Position numbers and translations under genes: made by a program
The notes under the pieces: model-generated
The model's input: only the letters and a program-made list of their open reading frames with translations
Databases searched by the model: none
Told to the model about the DNA's origin: nothing
DNA from: Eubacteriales bacterium
GTDB lineage: Bacteria > Bacillota > Clostridia > Oscillospirales > CAG-272
Length of the DNA: 36,539 nucleotides
NCBI GenBank assembly: GCA_045632325.1
Contig: JAZQWK010000363.1
Coordinates: forward strand, 1 to 36,539
Reading direction: 5' to 3'
In this document: positions 32,872 through 36,539 of the stretch, piece by piece
Position numbering within the stretch: the first letter of the stretch is position 1
Layout of the letters: every line of letters begins with the position of its first letter

Positions 32872-33531
32872 TTAAATGTTGTTCCCACAGCATCCGAAGA
32901 TAGGCGGGAACGGACCTGCGCCGTATGTCCAACTGTTCGGGAATCTCAGCATCCCGGACGTAGCCTGTGCAAGCTGAAGCTGAGACACCTGAGCCTGTAA
33001 GGACTCAATTTTATCCTGCGCGATCATATCCTTGACGGACTGGATCTGCGCTGTGAAGTTGGCATTCGTAGCCGCGTCACGCATCGCTCCGTCATAATTG
33101 GACTGCATAATCATCTGCTTTGTCTCACAGCAACAGCTGTTCTGGTTCGCAAGTGCCTGTGCCTGTCCTACGGCAATACCGCTGATGTCTCTCGCCAGTT
33201 CGTCATAGCGGTTCTGGATGATCCCCAGTGTATCGTGGAACGTCTGGTTGGTAGCCGCTACAGACTGAGCCGTTCCGGAATTGACCGCTGACAGGATCTC
33301 GCGCTCGTTGGCAAGGCTGTTCTGCGCGTCAAAGCCCCTCTGCACTTCGTTGCTCGTGGCAAGGTTCTCATAGCCGATGGCGTTGGCAAAATTATTGCCG
33401 CCCCAACCGCCGAACCCGCCGTTCGCCAGAATCAGCAGAGCAAAGATCCACATAAACGCGCCGCCGTCCCCCCACATATTATTGCCGTTCAGCAGGGCAA
33501 CATCAGAAGCGGAAAGTGTACCGTTGTCCAT
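32872..33531 (-). CDS. Gly-rich membrane-anchored coiled-coil protein with CCC and C-terminal GCCG motifs (cargo cluster)
   Basis: 219 aa with AAAGGAG RBS. GGAFMWIFALLILANGGFGGWGG is a TM segment. It has a long Q/A/N-rich helical region, NSCCCETKQ, and a C-terminal PPIFGCCGNNI. Confidence 0.6.
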   Translation of the reverse strand: MDNGTLSASDVALLNGNNMWGDGGAFMWIFALLILANGGFGGWGGNNFANAIGYENLATSNEVQRGFDAQNSLANEREILSAVNSGTAQSVAATNQTFHDTLGIIQNRYDELARDISGIAVGQAQALANQNSCCCETKQMIMQSNYDGAMRDAATNANFTAQIQSVKDMIAQDKIESLQAQVSQLQLAQATSGMLRFPNSWTYGAGPFPPIFGCCGNNI

Positions 33532-33577
33532 GTTGTTTCTCCTTTCTTTTGTATTTTATAAAACCGTGCGCACGATC

Positions 33578-33817
33578 TTATTTCAGCATATTCAAAACGT
33601 CTTCCGGGTTCACGCCTTTCTCCTGCGCCATTTTGTAAAACGCCGCTTTTGCGTCCCCGCCGTTCTGCTGTACATAATCCAATACCTGCTTTACTTGCGG
33701 ATTTCGCGCCGCCATCTGGTTTAACATCATCTGCGGGTTTCCCCTCATGGCGTGCATCATGTTTTTAATCGGCGTCAACCTGCTTTGGTTTAACGCTCCG
33801 AGCATTGGATTTGTCAT
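33578..33817 (-). CDS. Small helical protein with NPQ repeats (cargo cluster)
   Basis: 79 aa. GGAGGG RBS before ATG 33817. It overlaps the upstream gene by 53 nt. Confidence 0.5.
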   Translation of the reverse strand: MTNPMLGALNQSRLTPIKNMMHAMRGNPQMMLNQMAARNPQVKQVLDYVQQNGGDAKAAFYKMAQEKGVNPEDVLNMLK

Positions 33818-34142
33818 TCTTCATTCCCTCCGTGATCTTGACTATCGCGCCCTCTACCGCCGCCAGTCTTTTCTCGATGCTGTTAACGTCCACCGGCGGC
33901 GCGTCCTGATGAACCGTAATGTCATACGGTGTACTCGTAACTTTTCCCACGCCGTCAGAAACGCACATCCACACGATAGGCGCGGACGTGTCCATCACAA
34001 GAACGGAACTGTTCGGGGCAAGCTGAATCGTGTCCACGCTCGCCTTGCCGTTCACCTGTATGATCTGCTGTTGCGGGAGATAATTATTCGGCTGAAAATT
34101 CTGGCTGAAATTCTGGTTATAATAATTCGGATATGCGTACAT
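33765..34142 (-). CDS. Q/N/Y-rich N-terminus plus beta-domain protein (cargo cluster, first gene)
   Basis: 125 aa from ATG 34142 (AAGGGGG RBS). Starts MYAYPNYYNQNFSQNFQPNNYLPQQQ, then VNGKASVDTIQLAPNSSVLVMDTSAPIVW. Confidence 0.55.
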   Translation of the reverse strand: MYAYPNYYNQNFSQNFQPNNYLPQQQIIQVNGKASVDTIQLAPNSSVLVMDTSAPIVWMCVSDGVGKVTSTPYDITVHQDAPPVDVNSIEKRLAAVEGAIVKITEGMKNDKSNARSVKPKQVDAD

Positions 34143-34181
34143 AAAAAGCACCCCCTTGTGATTCTATTGAACCACAAGGGG
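34143..34181 (-). terminator. Rho-independent terminator-like hairpin whose 3' arm contains the RBS of the next gene
   Basis: Minus strand reads CCCCUUGUG (34181-34173), 12-nt loop, CACAAGGGG (34160-34152), then GUGCUUUUU AUG. Confidence 0.6.
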
Positions 34182-34213
34182 ATCGAGAGGAGAATAAAGA
34201 AACTATGAAAGAG

Positions 34214-34411
34214 TTACGAAAGAAGTCTGCAAAAAATCTTGTCTGCCTTGTAAACGATATTCTGCACCTGCCGGTCGGACAGGTCGAACATCTCAGCCAA
34301 CTCTGCGAACCGCTTTCCGTCTATGTACCGGGCTTTCAAAATATCCCGGTCGCGGTCGCTATGGATATGCTCATCGATCAATTCTCTGATCTGGCTGTTC
34401 GTGTATGTCAT
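34214..34411 (-). CDS. Sigma-70 region-4-like HTH protein (65 aa)
   Basis: RDRDILKARYIDGKRFAELAEMFDLSDRQVQNIVYKADKIF matches the region 4.2 / LuxR-like HTH pattern. Regions 2 and 3 are absent. Confidence 0.6.
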   Translation of the reverse strand: MTYTNSQIRELIDEHIHSDRDRDILKARYIDGKRFAELAEMFDLSDRQVQNIVYKADKIFCRLLS

Positions 34412-34435
34412 TTGCGCTTTCTGACACCTTTTGAA

Positions 34436-34729
34436 TTACCGTTCTTTTTCGTCCGGGTTCGCGTCCGTTTTCTCTGCACCACTATTCTCGCCATTTACTA
34501 TGCTCCCAACGCCGCCAATATAATTGGCAATGCCGTCTTTTCCGTCTACGGTGACTGTCTCTGTTGAATCTGATGTATAGTCATACTGCATCCACGCATA
34601 CAGCCAGATCGCATTACAGGCAAATATGACAGCGATTGCGACAATTAACGCGGCTATCAGTCTGCGGACTGTTCGTTCATGCTTGACCTGCGCGATCTCA
34701 TACGCAAGTAAAAGGTTCTTATCGTCCAT
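34436..34729 (-). CDS. Single-TM protein downstream of the endolysin
   Basis: 97 aa from ATG 34729 (GAGGTGA RBS). TM segment LIAALIVAIAVIFACNAIWLYAW. Confidence 0.55.
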   Translation of the reverse strand: MDDKNLLLAYEIAQVKHERTVRRLIAALIVAIAVIFACNAIWLYAWMQYDYTSDSTETVTVDGKDGIANYIGGVGSIVNGENSGAEKTDANPDEKER

Positions 34730-34731
34730 TG

Positions 34732-36078
34732 TCACCTCAGCATTTTATTGACTTCATTCTGCACTTCGGAATACCGCGATCCGAGGACGCGCTTGCGCAG
34801 TTCGCCGTTGCCGAACATCCCGGTGATAACGTCTTTCGCCAGTGCGGTTGCAGATGACCGGTAAATATGGTTTATCATCTCCTGCACTGCCTGATAACTT
34901 GCGCCAAGAGCCTTTACGCGCTCATCGCCGTTGCCGTACTTGCCTTCCTGCACCCGCGCCACAAGTTCAAGAACGGTTGTGCCCTCTTTCGGTTTGCTTT
35001 CATCGCTCAACACATTTCTATACATGATGCTCAAGTCAGCACGATGCGTTGAGCCGTTAATAGAGCCTTTACTGGTATACTGCCAGATGTCGCAATCATA
35101 CTCGGGTTTATCATGCACCCTGCCGTCATTCGCGCCCCACTTTGCTATCCACAAATAATCACAGTCGATTCCTTTCAGGTAGGACTTGTACCAAGAATCA
35201 TACGCATACACACCCGCTTTGTATCCGGCTTTTCTAATCAGCTTGACAAACAACTCCGCGTTTGCTTTTGAGTGAACCTGCGTTCCCGGCTGTTCGGTAT
35301 CGAAAAAGATCGCGCCGGGCTTATAGCCTTTTGCCAGTCTCAACGCATGATCTACTTCTCCGGCAGATTCGCCCTCGCTGTATGCGTAGCTGTAAATATA
35401 GAACGCGTAGGGGATGCCGTACCGTTCACAGCATTTTACGTTATACAGGAATAATTTGTCATCCTGATACTCTACGTTTTGACCATAACCGAGACGGATA
35501 ATTGCGCCATACACGGACGTTTTCGCTTTCTGCCAGTCTATCGTCCCATTATGTTCAGAAACGTCCACGACGATTTTTTGCTCTTCCTTTTTCGGTTCTG
35601 CCTTTTCTTCCTCATATTTCGGCATGGCGTACCCGCGGATATATCCCCACCCTACTGGGATAGTCCTGCGCCGGACTGCGTTATTGTAATTGCCCTCAAT
35701 GACTGTGATCTGTTTCCCATCGATTTTTTCCACGATCCCTATGTGATCGGAGTACCCATCATTGGGTTGCGTGCTGTCATCCCAGTTGTAGACAATTATC
35801 CAACCGGGTTTCGGAACGACAGTTCCGTCTTCCTGCCAGATACCGGCATCCTTAAAAATCTTAACATGGCGTTCAACACCGCACTCCGTGCCGCCTATCA
35901 GCGAAACCGCGTTATTTTTGATAAAGCACGCGCTCACGGTAGTATCGCACCACGCATCACTATATTTGACCGCGTAATTATGCGCAAGCGGTTTGTGGGC
36001 GTTGTATATATCGATTATTTTTCTCTTGTCCGTGCCTATCCAGTCGCGCATGGTCTGGATAATTTTCTCAGCGGTCAT
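34732..36078 (-). CDS. Endolysin: CHAP amidase/peptidase plus GH25 muramidase plus two Cpl-7 (CW_7) wall-binding repeats
   Basis: 448 aa from ATG 36078. CHAP Cys/His (DAWCDTTVSACF ... YSDHIGIVE). GH25 (VDVSEHNGTIDWQKAK...AIIRLGYG...FFDTE). Two repeats (GKYGNGDERVKALGASYQAVQ and GMFGNGELRKRVLGSRYSEVQ). Confidence 0.88.
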   Translation of the reverse strand: MTAEKIIQTMRDWIGTDKRKIIDIYNAHKPLAHNYAVKYSDAWCDTTVSACFIKNNAVSLIGGTECGVERHVKIFKDAGIWQEDGTVVPKPGWIIVYNWDDSTQPNDGYSDHIGIVEKIDGKQITVIEGNYNNAVRRRTIPVGWGYIRGYAMPKYEEEKAEPKKEEQKIVVDVSEHNGTIDWQKAKTSVYGAIIRLGYGQNVEYQDDKLFLYNVKCCERYGIPYAFYIYSYAYSEGESAGEVDHALRLAKGYKPGAIFFDTEQPGTQVHSKANAELFVKLIRKAGYKAGVYAYDSWYKSYLKGIDCDYLWIAKWGANDGRVHDKPEYDCDIWQYTSKGSINGSTHRADLSIMYRNVLSDESKPKEGTTVLELVARVQEGKYGNGDERVKALGASYQAVQEMINHIYRSSATALAKDVITGMFGNGELRKRVLGSRYSEVQNEVNKMLR

Positions 36079-36079
36079 A

Positions 36080-36283
36080 CTACGCCCCCTTGTTATAATT
36101 AACGGTACTGATCCCAATCAACGCGCCAAGGAATGTGTCGATCAGCGTCAGAGTTCCGACGATCTCCTCGCCGTAAGGGAATCCCCATATCTGCGCCAGA
36201 CCAAAGTACAGCGCGCCGACAGCCGGAATAAATATCAACGCGATCCATTTCAGTATATCATACGTTTTATCTTTCAGCTTCAT
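36080..36283 (-). CDS. Holin (phage_holin_1 / phiLC3-type pattern)
   Basis: 67 aa, two TM segments. ILKWIALIFIPAVGALYFGLAQIWGFPYGEEIVGTLTLIDTFLGALIGIS. Located directly upstream of the endolysin. Confidence 0.8.
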   Translation of the reverse strand: MKLKDKTYDILKWIALIFIPAVGALYFGLAQIWGFPYGEEIVGTLTLIDTFLGALIGISTVNYNKGA

Positions 36284-36539
36284 GCCTTGTCTCCTATCGG
36301 CAGTTTTCCCACCTCTTCCATGATCTTCTTCGCCGTTCCATTGCCGCCAAGTTTCCTGTACGGCTCGTATAAGTAGTCATGCAGGTTTTCATATTCATCT
36401 TTCGTAATACTGCCCTGCTTTATAAAAACGCCTCCGAGATAGCATATCCTGTCGTGTGCAATTCCCATCAGCAACTTGTCCCGGTCATCCAACCGGGATG
36501 TCTTTTTCTCTACAAAAGACCAGAATCCTGTACTCGCAA
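36280..36539 (-). CDS. 3' part of the wrap-around membrane-anchored protein (truncated by the window end; true ATG is at position 181 of the circular map)
   Basis: The frame is open to the window edge. The track's 36492 start is a TTG codon. Overlaps the holin ATG (ATGA). Confidence 0.7.
   Translation of the reverse strand, partial: ASTGFWSFVEKKTSRLDDRDKLLMGIAHDRICYLGGVFIKQGSITKDEYENLHDYLYEPYRKLGGNGTAKKIMEEVGKLPIGDKA
36399..36539. repeat. Terminal direct repeat, copy 2 (identical to 1-141)
   Basis: Exact match to bases 1-141. It lies inside a coding frame that continues across the junction. Confidence 0.97.

Larger units (their letters stand above)
1..36398 (-). mobile_element. Complete tailed-phage genome (siphovirus-type), unit length 36,398 bp, all genes co-oriented on the minus strand
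   Basis: Full set of terminase, portal, MuF, scaffold, capsid, connectors, major tail, frameshifted chaperone, tape measure, Dit, Tal, fibre, holin and endolysin genes, plus recombination/replication genes. The window ends are an exact 141-bp repeat, so the map circularises. Confidence 0.92.

Noticed and set aside
36399-36539. Terminal repeat read as a biological DTR, att site or LTR of a mobile element
   Set aside because: A coding frame runs through the repeat and across the junction, and the length equals a common assembler k-mer. Circular closure is the simpler explanation. See the finding for the test.
1-36539. tRNA genes, CRISPR arrays, integrase/attP, toxin-antitoxin pairs
   Set aside because: The intergenic space is small, and the gaps I read contain promoters and hairpins but no cloverleaf-like or spacer-repeat structure. 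I saw no recombinase motifs. A tRNAscan/HMM run would be needed to exclude them formally.

Overview
The window holds one complete genome of a siphovirus-type tailed dsDNA phage. Bases 1-141 repeat exactly at 36399-36539, so the map closes into a 36,398-bp circle. One gene crosses the junction. Every credible gene is on the minus strand, and the long plus-strand ORFs are antisense shadows.

Gene order, reading the minus strand from 36539 down to 1:
- Lysis cassette: membrane-anchored protein, holin, and an endolysin with CHAP, GH25 and two Cpl-7 repeats.
- A small TM protein and a protein consisting only of a sigma-70 region-4-like HTH.
- A six-gene cargo cluster bounded by terminators (34142-31520). 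It encodes a Q/N-rich protein, a helical protein, a Gly-rich membrane/coiled-coil protein with Cys triplets, a BclA-C/C1q-like protein with a Cys triplet, a ferritin-like protein and an unknown.
- An early region with near-consensus sigma-70 promoters. It includes an XRE/Cro-like HTH, Erf, a NinB-like protein, an HNH protein, a wHTH protein, RusA, a DnaD-like replisome organiser with internal iterons, and several tiny Cys-rich proteins.
- The packaging and morphogenesis genes: TerS-like, a four-gene insert, TerL, portal, a second four-gene insert, MuF, gp10-like, scaffold, capsid, connectors, major tail, a chaperone with a -1 frameshift, tape measure, Dit, Tal and a fibre with an S74 chaperone domain.

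I recognised no integrase, CI-type repressor, tRNA or CRISPR array.

The best candidate for an undescribed system is the module at 20168-23569. It encodes an SplB-like radical SAM enzyme, a ParB N-domain protein, a GT-A glycosyltransferase-like protein and a second SplB-like radical SAM enzyme. It is translationally coupled between TerS-like and TerL, and I read it as a possible polymer-level DNA hypermodification or DNA-processing system.

All family names come from reading motifs by eye. No database search was run.
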